Assembly (NCBI GenBank): GCA_965112735.1
Contig: OZ218956.1
Span: forward strand, 3,410,001-3,474,000
Direction: 5' to 3'
From: Phaeosaccion multiseriatum
Lineage: Eukaryota; Protista; Ochrophyta, other classes
Length of the DNA stretch: 64,000 nucleotides
In this document: one piece after another, positions 50,176 to 61,492 of the stretch
Layout of the letters: every line of letters starts with the position of its first letter
How positions within the stretch are numbered: position 1 is the stretch's first letter
Notes under the pieces: model-generated
Seen by the model: the letters and a program-made list of their open reading frames with translations, nothing else
The model's database searches: none
What the model was told of the DNA's origin: nothing
Program-made: the position numbers and the translations under genes

Positions 50176-50772
50176 AGTTGTCACTACCACCGTCCGTTGC
50201 CATCCTCCCTGACCCCCATCTCTCCCCCTCCCTCTCTCTATCTCTCTCTCCTGCCCTCCAGTGTGCCCGAAGACCTCGAGAAGCCCGAGGAGGCCGCTGC
50301 CTTCGAGGAGCCCGCTGCCCCCGCTGCCTGGGCGGCCGAGGCCGTGGCTCAGCCCACCGACGCCTTCGGACAGCCCGAGCCGCAGGCTGAGGTGAGGAGG
50401 GGAGGGGAGGGAGGGGAGGGGAGGGAGGGGAGGGAAGGGAGGGGAGGGATGGGGCGGGAGCGCTGCTACTCTTCCAACAGGTAGTGACATCTCACTGACC
50501 GTGACACTGAACCTTGACACACACACACGCACACACACACTCGCACATACACACACACATACACATACACACACACGCACACACACACGCAGGGTGCTGC
50601 CGCCCCCGCCGCTGGTGGAGGAGAGTGGGACGCTGCTGCCCCTGCTCCCGAGCAGGTTGCTGTGCCCGCCGCCGCCGCCGACGGAGCCGGAGACTGGGGA
50701 GCTGCCAACCCCCAGGCCGCCGCCGGAGGGTGGGACGCCGCCGCCCCTCAGCAACAGTCTACGGGCTGGTAA
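48691..50772 (+). CDS. RPSA: 40S ribosomal protein SA (uS2), 4 exons
   Basis: Exons 48691-48728, 49506-50087, 50262-50391 and 50593-50772. Motifs [39 protein letters not shown] and DLFFYR; Trp/Ala-rich tail. Confidence 0.97.
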
Positions 50773-51064
50773 TGAGCTCCGTACTTCACTTGCGCTCATC
50801 AGTGCACCGGTCCGTAATGGCTGGGAGCTACTGGGGTGCAGCTTGGAAGGAGCTGGGAATGGGGTGGGGGTGGGGACCCCTCTCTCTCTCTCTCGCGAGT
50901 TTGCGTTTGTTCGCTCTCCTTGTCTTTTGATTCAAGTGGGTTGAGAATTATTTACTGGGATAAGAAATAAGGAGACTTACTTACCAAACCACACACTTAT
51001 CTACACTTATCTTATCTTGTCTTACCAAACCGTACATCGGTTGTCGAGACCCCCCCCCCCCTGT

Positions 51065-51251
51065 AAGCTAGAGAGGACAGCTAAGCTAGAGCCTCTCCCG
51101 ATGCAAGCTAGAGAGGACAGCTAAGCTAGAGCCTCTCCCGATGCAAGCTAGAGAGGACAGCTAAGCTAGAGCCTCTCCCGATGCAAGCTAGCGAGGACAG
51201 CTAAGCTAGAGCCTCTCCCGATGCAAGCTAGAGAGGACAGCTAAGCTAGAG
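51065..51251. repeat. 40-bp tandem repeat (about 4.7 copies)
   Basis: Unit AAGCTAGAGAGGACAGCTAAGCTAGAGCCTCTCCCGATGC at 51065, 51105, 51145, 51185 and 51225 (partial). Confidence 0.95.
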
Positions 51252-51873
51252 GAACGGAGCAGAGGTCGCTGCACCCGAGGGGAGTGAGGGGTGGACAGGA
51301 GAGCTGAAGAGCCGCGAGCGCGCTACCCTTTTGCCGTGCAAGTCCGGCCCTCGCCTCCCCCCCCCCCTTCATGTAGGTAACTCTGTTTGTTTATAGATGT
51401 GAAACCTCCCTCCTTCCCTCAAGAAACACGTCAAGTCAAGTGATGAGCAAGACAACAACACCGCAAGCGTCTTGAACGACAACCGCAGCGGCCCCCCTTA
51501 GTTCCTCATTGCCTCGTCGGTCGGTACTGGCCTTGGTTGGGCATTGGTCATACGGTTGGAAATGCTCTGTTGCTCTGGTCTCGCCACACGATCGGTCGCC
51601 TTTCCCTCCCCTCACCCGCCTCCTCTGCAGTAGACCACTACCATGTATAGACGTGCCTTCCACTCAGAGAATTCACTCAGAAGCCTTGACTCGGAGCTGT
51701 GCTTGCCCACCCCACGCCCCGTCTGCCTTCACTCTACACAGTCACCTCTTCCTCTCTCTGGGTGGTCTCTCGCTCTTTCACTCTCTCTCCCTCTGTCCCA
51801 CCGTCCTTCTCTTCTCAGTCTCTACCTTCTCCCTCCCTCGTGTCCCTGTCTCTCCCTCCCCCTCCCTCCGTAC

Positions 51874-53283
51874 TCAATACCCATACACTGCCTCATCCAC
51901 CTTAGCGAACACCTCATCGATGCTCATCCTCGTCTGCTCCGTCGAGTCCCTCTCCCTCAACGTCACCGTGCCGTCCTCGAGCGTGTCAAAGTCGACGGTT
52001 ACACAAAACGGGGTGCCCACCTCGTCCATCCTTCTGTAACGCCGTCCGATGGCCCCGGTGAGGTCGTAGTGGGCGTTGTGCTTGCGCCGAAGCTTCTCAA
52101 AGAGGTCACGGGCAATCTCCACAATCTCGGGCTGTTGTACGTATGTACGTACGTATGCATGCATATGCAACGTGAGACGTGTTGGGGGGGGGGGGGGGAT
52201 ATGACGTTTTAGAGGTCGCAAAAGCGTGATTGTGTGCAGTGGAAGGGTCGGAGAGGACAAAAAGAGGGAAGGAAGGAGGGAGGGAGGGAGGGAGGGGGGA
52301 AGAGACAAACGGAGAAGAGAAGCTGGGGGCGTGCCTGTCTACGTATGGCAGTCGTTGACAGGCAGCGTGACCCCACAAGGGAGAGAACTCTCCTGAAGCG
52401 GCATAGATAGATGCATGCAGTCTGAATAGAGTCTGAATAGCGACGACGACACATACGTACTCCACGCCCTTACCTTGTTCTTCATGAGAGGGAACACAGC
52501 GACCTTGATGGGCGCCATGCGGGGATGGAACTTGAGCAGAGAGCGCTTCTCACCCCCTACCTCGTCCTCGCAGTGGGCAGAGGTCATGAGGGCAAGGAAT
52601 AGGCGATCCACGCCCAGGGAGGGCTCGATCACGTGCGGTACGAATTTGCGCTTCGTAGCCTCGTCGAAGTACTCCAGGGGCTTGCCCGTGGCTGAGGGAG
52701 AGAGAGAGAGGGAGAGGGGGCGGGGTGGGGTGGGGGATGGTAGTGGATGGGGGAGGTAGGCGTGAGTACGTACGTGACGGGAGGAGGGAGGCGAATGATG
52801 TGGTCGGTCAGTGCGTCACATAGGAGGTGGCGTCAGGCCCTCACGCGCGAGATGTTTCCCTTCTTCCCATATGCCTGCCAATAATACCACCCGCGCCCAT
52901 ATTCCTGCCTGCCCAGGCATGTACGTGCCTGCCCCCCCTACCTGTCCATACGCCTGCCTGCCTGCCAACTGAAAACCCAAACCAAAACTCCAACTCACCT
53001 TCACCGTGCTGCGTGAGGTCGTAGCAGCCCCTGGCGGCCACTCCTTGAAGTTCGCTCTCTCCGAAGGGGAACTTGAAGGTAATGTCCGTGCAGGCGCGTG
53101 CGTAGTGCGCAAGTCCGTCGTCGGGGTGTACCTCCTTGCCCATGAGGTCCTCTCTGAGGCCGATGGACTTGAGCCAGTTCCAGGAGAAGTCCAGCCACTT
53201 GGCGTGGTGCTGAGTGGGGTGAGGGGAAAGGCCAAGGTCAAGGCCAAGGACAGGGCAAGAGCAAGACGAGTACGCGTCAGTGT

Positions 53284-53314
<31 letters not shown>

Positions 53315-54887
53315 GCTTACATGCTACGCGCTTTGCTCTGTATTTCTCTTCTCTCCCCCTCTTCCTCCGTACCTCTCTCCCTCACCCCTCACTCACCTCC
53401 TTCCAGTCCTCATCACTGTCCCCGATGAAGTACTCCACCTCCATCTGCTCGAACTCTCTGGAGCGGAAGATGAAGTTGCGCGGAGTGATCTCGTTGCGGA
53501 ACGCCTTGCCGATCTGACCAAGCACAGCACAGCACAGCACAGCACAGGACAGGTGAAACAGAAGCGAGGCGAAAGTGAGAAAGAGTATGACCTTGAACCT
53601 GATCTTGACGAGGTATGATCAGTTAGGGGCATGACCTTGATCTTGAGGAGGTATGGTCAGGTAGGAGCTAGATTTGAGGAGGTTAAGAGGAAGGTGCGAG
53701 AGCGTACATAGGTACTAAACGGACAGACAGACAGACAGACTGACTGACTGACTGACTGCATGACGGACTGACTTACTGCATGACTGACTGACTGACTGAC
53801 TGACTGAATAGGTGCCTGAGGAACTGACTGACTGACCTGCGCAATACCGAAGGGAAGCTTGGTGCGTGCGGTCTGCATGACGTTCTTGAAGTTGGTGAAG
53901 ATGCCCTGTGCCGTCTCCGGTCGGAGATACGCCACAGAGGATGCGTCCTGAACACATGGTCAGACAAGAGAGGGACAGCGAGAGCGGGGTGGGGTGTGCA
54001 GGGAGGACGGACGGAGGAGGGTGGGCGGGCGGGCGGACGGGCGGCCAGAAACGTCAGAGCTTGAAGGAAGGGAGAAGGGCACAATGCCCCACCACACAAG
54101 ACGCGAAGCAAAGCAAAGCCAAGCAAGCCGCCTCCGGAATCGCCACATGAGGGACGAGGCTCGACCGTTCCGCGAGAGAGCAGCCTTCCATCCCCTCCCT
54201 CCCTCCTTCCCTCCCTCCCTTCCTCACTCACCGTGGCAGCTCCCACCGAGGTCTGGAACATCAAGTTGAACTCTCTCGGGGGGGTAAGGTCCCCGGCCTT
54301 GCCCGTGGCCGGAGAGGGCACGAACTGCAGCTCGTCCTCCTCCAACTCGGTGAGGTCCCTGAGCTTGACAGGGAGGAGGGTGCCCTGCTTGGCCGCCTTG
54401 CGCTTCATCTTCGCCGCGGCCTTGTCCACGGTGGCCTGCATGTCGGGGTCTTCCATCTGGGGTACAATGAGGTAAGAGTAGGGCATAGGGGGAAGGAAGG
54501 GGGTGTTAAGTTGGCTGAGGGGCAGAGGCAAAACCCTTGCTCATGCCTTCGCTAATAGGACCCTGAAGCTTTTCTCTCCGCCCCTCGTCAAATCCCCCTC
54601 CCTCTCTCCCTCCCTCCCTCCCTCCCTCCCTCCCTAGCACTCACCACAGTGAGCCAGCCCAGCACCTCCCCCCCCTCCTCCAGCTCCACCTTGCCGGTGA
54701 ACACCTGATCTGCTCTGTAGCGCAGCTTGGACTCTCTACAGTCCACCATCGGGTCCGAGAAGCCGGACACATGTCCGGAGCTCTCCCAGATGCGAGGGTT
54801 TCCGATGATGGAGCTGTCCAGGCCTGCGTGGGTGCGTGTGGGTGTGCGGGTGCGAGTGTGGGGTGGTGTGGGCGGCCAAAGTCAGAG

Positions 54888-54924
<37 letters not shown>

Positions 54925-55377
54925 AGAAAGTACCATCCAAATGAGGTGTGCGTGGTGCTGACGAGGCTGTGTCCCGTGAGGGAGGGAGGTCGCGAAAGGC
55001 CATTCCGGTTGTGTCGACATCGTCCAACGGGAGGAAGCGACGAAGGGTGACGTGTACGTCCAGCCCGGACCCCCCTCAATGCCCAATACGCGACCCCCAC
55101 AGATCGTCTGTCCATTGAGCTCAAGCTGAAAGCTCTGAGGAAGGGGGGAAGTCGCAAAGGTAAAAGGGTTCCCCACATTGCCACACACACTACCACCCCC
55201 TGCCACCCTCACGCACGCACGTACGCACCCACTTACCTACGACGTCTTCCCTGCCCTGCACGACGTCTCTCCACCACGCGTCTTTGATGTTCTTCTTGAG
55301 CTCCACCCCGAGGTGGCCGTAGTCATAAAACCCCGCAAAGCCGTTGTAGATCTGTGTCCACAGCAGGAGCAGCAGTA

Positions 55378-55422
<45 letters not shown>

Positions 55423-56397
55423 GTTGGTGATACAGTAGTGGCAGGGGGAGATTGTTTAGGACACGGCCAGCTGGAGTTCTACTTGGAAGAGAGAAAGAGG
55501 GAGCGAGCGCTGGCGAAGAGGCCTCCTCTTCCTTTCCTCCCTCCCCTCCATACAAGACGAAATCGTCGGGTAGCCACCTCCTCCACAGAGTAGTACGCAA
55601 CGACAACGAAAGGCAACGAGACACATCGACGCCTTCACTGGGGGGATTCACCCGACCTCTGTGCAGTCCTGGACAGCCACTCTTATACTTATCCTTAGGG
55701 GTAGAGTGTGTCTGTGAGGGGGGGGCACTACTTCAGCACGTGATGCCCCGGCCTTGATGACTGGAGTATGAAGCACGGACTAGCCCTTCACCCCTAAAAA
55801 CAGATTACCCCCCCCTCCTTTGGAGATCAACCAACCACACAACCAACAAACGCAGTGTGCGCTCTGATCCGCCCTGTGCTTGCTTACCTCCGAAGACTGG
55901 AAGACAAAGCCTCTCCTCTTGCACAAGCCCACGAGCTCCTCTGCCCCCACCACCTCTGGCCCCTTTCCTTCCTCCTCCTTCTCCTCTACCGCCACTGCCG
56001 CCGCCCCTCCCTCTCCTTCCGCGTCGGCAGTAGACGCCGCTGCCCTGGTACTTGCCCCCCTACATGGGATTCCACCGCGACAGCTACTACTGGGTCGCCC
56101 AGCATGTCGAGAGAGGGCATTGGCAGTGCCTCTGCTGAAGCTGCTGGCGGAGAAGCCCTGCACCCCCGAGAGAAGACTGCTGCACGCCGCGCTCCACATG
56201 ATGATTCCCACGGAGAGAGCGCTTCTGCTTCTCCTGAGCCGACACACCTGCTGCTCCTCTTCCTGAATCAGCAGACGCCTCCTACTGCCAGAGCCGCTGC
56301 TCCTGCCCCTGCTGCTGCTCCTGCTGGTGCCGCTGTTGGTGCTCGTGCTGCTCCTGCGGATATTGATGGGGCCTGAGCAAGCTAAGGCTGTAGCCAT
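51874..56397 (-). CDS. Glycyl-tRNA synthetase (class II, homodimeric type), probably organelle-targeted
   Basis: [90 protein letters not shown] and [20 protein letters not shown]; N-terminal extension, start uncertain. Confidence 0.95.
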
Positions 56398-56546
56398 GAC
56401 GATGAGACCAGAGAGAGGAAGAGCAAGGAAGAGGGGAGGGAGGAGGGAGCGAAAATCCAGGGAGGGGTTCCGAGCGCTCATGGGCGGATTTGACGTTTCA
56501 ATTCTTCTATTTTTCTTGTTCACTTACAGACAGCTAAAAGCCTAAC

Positions 56547-58922
56547 ATGGGGGCCCACGCGTCCACCGACCGCAGCAAAGAGGCTCCCACCCTGCTACTC
56601 CCGGCCTTTGAAGTGCTTCCCACGTGGGGCATTGATCAGGTGTTGAGGATGGTTACGGACTTCCAGAGCAGCGATTGCGACTTTGCTGTCGACTACCGCA
56701 CGCTCAGTGCAATCATGGGTGGAGGGGACGGGAAGGAGGATCTGGCCCTGGCTCGAGACATGGTGTCAGCCCTCGCCTTCAATGGTGGAGACCGGATCTC
56801 GATCTTATCCTTCCTCGCCGGCGCGCTCTACTTCTGCGGAGGAGGAGAAGGAGAGCAAGGGGATATTGCTGCTACTGCTCTGGCCCAGAGAAAGATGGAG
56901 GGGCTTGTGCTCGCCTTCGACTTCTCAGGATCAAGCTCTCTCAGCTTCGACGAGGGCACTGTCCTGCTTCTCTGCCTCGGACAGGCCATTGTGTGCATGA
57001 CGGGAGAAGGGCGACTCCCCACTGCAGCCGAGATGGAGAGTGTGGCTCGGGGCGTGCTGCAGCATGAGGTGGGAGAGACCCTCGTGGGAGAAGGAGAGGG
57101 GCGTCTTACAGCACAGGGGATTCTTGTTTGGGCGGCAGACAAGGCAAATAAGAAGCCACCCCCTCCAATAGAGGGAGGAGAGGCCGGCGGCATGGGCGAG
57201 GACTATACCTCTGCGCGAGGAGTGCTGCAGCTGCTGAGTTTACAGCAAGAGATCAAGTCAGAAAATACTGATGACAAGGTTGCCTTCTTAGACGAGACGG
57301 AGACGGAGATTCAGCAGCAGCTGGTAGCACCGCAGCCCGGGTCGGACCAGGACGAGGAGAAGGCAAGCGCGCTCGAGAAGGCGGCGGAAGAGGAAGAGGC
57401 GGCCGTAGCAGCCCAGGAAGAGAACCAGCGGCTAAGAGAGGAGAGGAAGCAAGCAGAGCGGGACGTAGAGGTGGAGGCTGAAATGGTGGCAGCGGCGGCG
57501 ACGAGGACCAAGAAGAAGGAGCAAGAGGACGCGCAAGACACCCTAGCGGTTGATGCTCCCGTTGTAGCTTCGGAGGATGGTGAAGCTGTCACTGAGAGTG
57601 AGCCTGAGGGTGTAGAGTGTGCTGGAGGGACGGGGGAGGGAGGAAAAGAAGAAGTTGAGAGGCAGGAGGAGGCTGCGGAGGGTGAAGAGGGAGAAGGGGA
57701 GAAGAGGAAAGAGGAAGGGGAGGGAAATGCTGCCGTGGACAAGGCCCGAAGGGAGAGCGAGAGAAACGTGGATGATGACAAAGAGGAGAAGGGCGACGAC
57801 GAGGAGAAGCAAGAGAAACTGGAGCAGGGCGAGGAGGAAGAACAGGGGGTTGGGGCGAAGCTGGAGGAGGTAAGGGAAGAGGTGAAGGAGGAACGGAAGA
57901 AGGATGAAGAAGAGGAGGGGGGACATAGGCAGGAGGACAGGGAGAAGAAGGAGGATGAGAATACCGGCAGAGAAGAAACGGGGCTCGGTGAGGAGAAGGA
58001 GAAGGAGCTGCAAGTGTCTGCTGACGTGTCAATATCTGCCGTCAAAGCCGTCGGCGAGGTCTTAGAGACAGCCACAAAGAAGCTCTCGCGTGGGAACCTC
58101 CTTTCAGCAGAGGATGGCACTGCATGTGCAGTGGAAGCCGCGGCTCCTCACGTACATGACGCTTCCGCTGCTGACGCCAGTGCAAATGATGCAGAGGCTC
58201 ATGCCGAAGCCGTGTCGCAAGTCATAGAGGTGATGGACACTGTCACGAGAAAGTTCTCTGCTGCGAAGCTGGAGGAGGCTCCACGCCGAGCAACTGAGGA
58301 ACCAGTGGTACAACCAGAGCCAGTACTAGAAGATGGAGGAGCAGCGACATCAACACCCAATGCGGAGGACGACCGCAGCGAATCGGTGTCGGACGCGGCT
58401 CGATCTGTCAGCGGCCGAGCTGTGAGTGAGGTGATGGATACCGTCACGAGCAAGCTCTCTACCTCGAAGCTGGAGGGTGATCAAGCGCGAGCAACAGAGG
58501 CAGCAGCAGTAGTGGAACATGGAGAAACAGTAGAAGGCGGAGCGGTAGTGGTGGTAACAACACCCGATGCTGACGCCAGCCGTAGCGAAGCGGTGTCATA
58601 CGCGGCTCAATCTACCAGCAACAGAGCAGTCATCGAGGCGGTCGATGCAGTAACGAGAAAGCTCTCTGCCTCGAAGCTGGGAGAGGACCAACCGCGAGCA
58701 ACGGCAGCACCAGTAGTAGGAGAAGGAGCACCAGTAGAGGGCGGAGCAGCAGAGGCAGCCTCCACAGGAGAGCTTCAGATGAGAACTGCCCAAGAGAAGG
58801 AGGAGGTGGAGCTGCAGCAGCAGGAAGAAACAGTACAAGCGGCGGTACTAGGAGAACCTACGCCACTATCAGTCGCAGCGGCAGAGGCGTCAGCTGCACC
58901 CCCCCAGCAGGCAGGCGCATGA
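56547..58922 (+). CDS. 791-aa single-exon protein: N-myristoylation motif, degenerate EF-hand domain, acidic coiled coil, four internal helix repeats
   Basis: Uninterrupted ORF; MGAHAS (MGxxxS); EF-hand-like FDFSGSSSLSFDE; Glu-rich middle; repeats of the type AVxEVxxTVTxKLS. Confidence 0.8.
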   Translation: MGAHASTDRSKEAPTLLLPAFEVLPTWGIDQVLRMVTDFQSSDCDFAVDYRTLSAIMGGGDGKEDLALARDMVSALAFNGGDRISILSFLAGALYFCGGGEGEQGDIAATALAQRKMEGLVLAFDFSGSSSLSFDEGTVLLLCLGQAIVCMTGEGRLPTAAEMESVARGVLQHEVGETLVGEGEGRLTAQGILVWAADKANKKPPPPIEGGEAGGMGEDYTSARGVLQLLSLQQEIKSENTDDKVAFLDETETEIQQQLVAPQPGSDQDEEKASALEKAAEEEEAAVAAQEENQRLREERKQAERDVEVEAEMVAAAATRTKKKEQEDAQDTLAVDAPVVASEDGEAVTESEPEGVECAGGTGEGGKEEVERQEEAAEGEEGEGEKRKEEGEGNAAVDKARRESERNVDDDKEEKGDDEEKQEKLEQGEEEEQGVGAKLEEVREEVKEERKKDEEEEGGHRQEDREKKEDENTGREETGLGEEKEKELQVSADVSISAVKAVGEVLETATKKLSRGNLLSAEDGTACAVEAAAPHVHDASAADASANDAEAHAEAVSQVIEVMDTVTRKFSAAKLEEAPRRATEEPVVQPEPVLEDGGAATSTPNAEDDRSESVSDAARSVSGRAVSEVMDTVTSKLSTSKLEGDQARATEAAAVVEHGETVEGGAVVVVTTPDADASRSEAVSYAAQSTSNRAVIEAVDAVTRKLSASKLGEDQPRATAAPVVGEGAPVEGGAAEAASTGELQMRTAQEKEEVELQQQEETVQAAVLGEPTPLSVAAAEASAAPPQQAGA

Positions 58923-59422
58923 GAAGCAAAGAACGGAGGCGAAGATCAGGAGGAGGGCAGCAGATTCGCTGCTCACGCCCAAGGGGGTATAAGTCACCCT
59001 TTTTGCCAGCCAGGGGCTCGGACTGATGCGGTCCCTTTCGGCTATCACAGCAAGCCACCCTTTTGCCGCGGAAGAAATCGGCAGATACTTTGTTGGCGTT
59101 GCAGTATGGCAAGAATAAGAGTGGAGGAGGCTGAGCGGGGTTTGGCACCCCTCTAGCCGACTCTGATTGCGTTTTGGTGTGGGTGTGTGCGTGGGGGGGC
59201 ATGCTCCTGGTACTGCGGCGCACGCACGGCGGCGATGAAATGCTCCTCTGTGCAGCTCTGTGATAAGAGTAGAGTAGTAAGTAGAAGGAGTGGAGTGCTG
59301 AGGCATAGGGGAAAATGGGGTATGGGAGGGAGGGATAGCAGCCAGGGCAGGAAGATCGAGCACAGACCATCAACGGCGATACGCCTTTACGATAACAATC
59401 AATACGATGCTGTGACGAAGCT

Positions 59423-59570
59423 ACTTAGTCCATGGGCTGAGAGAGATACTTAGTCCATGGGCTGAGAGACAGACTTAAGTCTATGGGCTGAGAGAGAGAG
59501 AGGTAGTGACGAAGTTACGTTGTCTATGGACTGAGAGAGAGACTTTGTCTAGGGGCTGTATGAGAGAGAG
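59423..59570. repeat. Degenerate ~25-bp tandem repeat (TAGTCCATGGGCTGAGAGAGATACT)
   Basis: Three good and about two decayed copies upstream of the LHC gene. Confidence 0.7.
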
Positions 59571-59840
59571 GGAGAGAGAGTTATTACGTAAAACTAACAT
59601 GATAAGCAAGTGACCGCGCGCGCACTCACACAGCAGCCAAGTATGGCTAGACCTGAGAGGCAAGTCAAACAAACAAAGGCAAGGGGGGCATCAGTGCCAG
59701 CCACACCCAGAAGAAAAGACGATTCGGAGCGAGCGCCAGGGGCCCTCAAGCATAGACTGGTGACCCGCCCGCCCAAACTTCATAAGTAGAGCCCTTTTTT
59801 TTTCTATCCTCTCTTTCCCCCCCCCTCTCTCTTCCTCTAC

Positions 59841-60889
59841 ATGATCATGACTCGGCTCGTCGCTCACGCCCTCACCCTCGCCTCCACTGGTAGGTGTAGC
59901 TTGGCACAGATGTCATCCTGTGAGGGGAGCCAAGCAAGGTTGAGGGCTGAAGGGGAATAGCCTGCTTGAGTGGTGCAGGCATTTCTCACTCCCCTTCATT
60001 GTTCTCCTTCTCTCGCTCCATCTCTCTGCCCCCTCTCCGCCCGTCTGCGTCAGGTGCTGGTGTCGCGAGTGCGTTCACGACACCAGGCATCACCGGAGCA
60101 ACCCGTGCCCTGCGTGTCGTGGCCAGCCCCGCGATGGCTTCCTCCTCCTCCTCCTCCGCCCTGAGGATGGTCGCTCTTGAAGGTCTCCCGGGCGCCCTCC
60201 CACCGATGGGTGTGTGGGACCCACTCGGTCTCGCCACTGAGATCGACGACACCACCTTTGCCCAGTACAGGTCAGACACTCACCGACGAGGGGCCAGGCC
60301 AAGACTTCCCTCTCATCCCGCACTATCATACTAGTTGCAGGTCCGCTGAGCTGAAGCACGGGAGGGTGGCGATGTTGGCCACCGTTGGCATGTTCGTGCA
60401 GGAAATGTACCACCCCTTCTTCCCCGCCCCTGGCGTGGGGGACATCGGCCCGGCGATCAACCACTTTCAGATCATCTCAACCTACTACCCACTCCTTGGA
60501 ATCGCTGCCATGTTCCTCATGGGCCTCATCGAGTCCATCCAGATCAGAAAGGAGGTAAGCAAGTCCAAGTCATGCTCTTTCTCCGTCGCCATCTCCGTCG
60601 CCCGACTGATGCGCTGCTTGTTCTCGCCTCTGTACACACCGATTCTCAGTACACTGCCCTCGATCGCGTCACGGGCCTTGCCACTGTGTCCGCCGACGCC
60701 GCCATCGGAGACCTCGGGTTCGATCCCTTCAACATCAAGTCGGACGAGACCAAGTACACCACAATGAGGAACAAAGAGCTGAACAACGGGAGACTTGCCA
60801 TGCTGGCCATTACCGGGATGTGGGCCCAGGAGCTCGTGAACGGGCACGAGCTGATTGTGAACATCGGCCTGAGCTTATTGGGGAAGTAA
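59841..60889 (+). CDS. Light-harvesting chlorophyll a/c-binding protein, LHCX/LI818-like, 4 exons
   Basis: Signal + ASAF motif; PPMGVWDPLGL, AELKHGRVAMLA, GPAINHFQ, GDLGFDP and KELNNGRLAMLA. Confidence 0.92.
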
Positions 60890-61492
60890 GGAGCGCAGCG
60901 AGGAGATGTGTGCGTGTGTAGCTGCCTCTAGGTGGGTAACGGCACTTCGTATAGAGGGTCCAATCAAATCCATGCTTGTATTGTAGTTGCGCAAGCGTAG
61001 TTTTGGAAGGGAAAGGGAAGGTAAGGGGGGAGGGGTTAGGCGAGCAGAGTCGTATGGGCGAGGAAGATCGAAACACGCGAGCAGGGTGGCATGTGTGAAT
61101 CGCGCGTGTGAGAAACTTACGATCGATGAACGTCAGCGAATGCTATTCAATTGTGCCGCTCTCAGTGACGAAAGCCCGCTCTCCTTCCTTCTGCCCATAG
61201 ACAGGTGGCTCCTTTCCTTTCCTGTGTCTCTGCCGCCCCTGCCCCTCTAGAGAGCGAGCGCTATACACCTGCGAAGCTATAAGCTCCGAGTGGCTGCTCC
61301 ATCTCGCTAACACCACTTCCCGGCCACAGGTGATTCGAAGGCCTTGTCCATGAGGGAAAAGAGGGCGGTGGACTCACAGCAGAGAGGAATGCCAGGCGCT
61401 GCCTTCCCACCTTCAGCCATAGCTCGCCATTGCGTCCACCCCGGCCTCCCTCTCTCATACACCAAAACCCCGTGCATTGCATCACCCTCCCC

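Noticed and set aside
51065-51251. CRISPR-like array (also 9948-10136 and 59423-59570)
   Set aside because: Units are contiguous with no unique spacers, there are no cas genes, and the context is eukaryotic.
53585-53690. CCTTGAACCTGATCTTGA, resembling the TPP aptamer P4/P5 region
   Set aside because: Antisense within a GlyRS intron, part of a degenerate local repeat, and lacks the upstream CUGAGA and downstream AAU..GCG elements.
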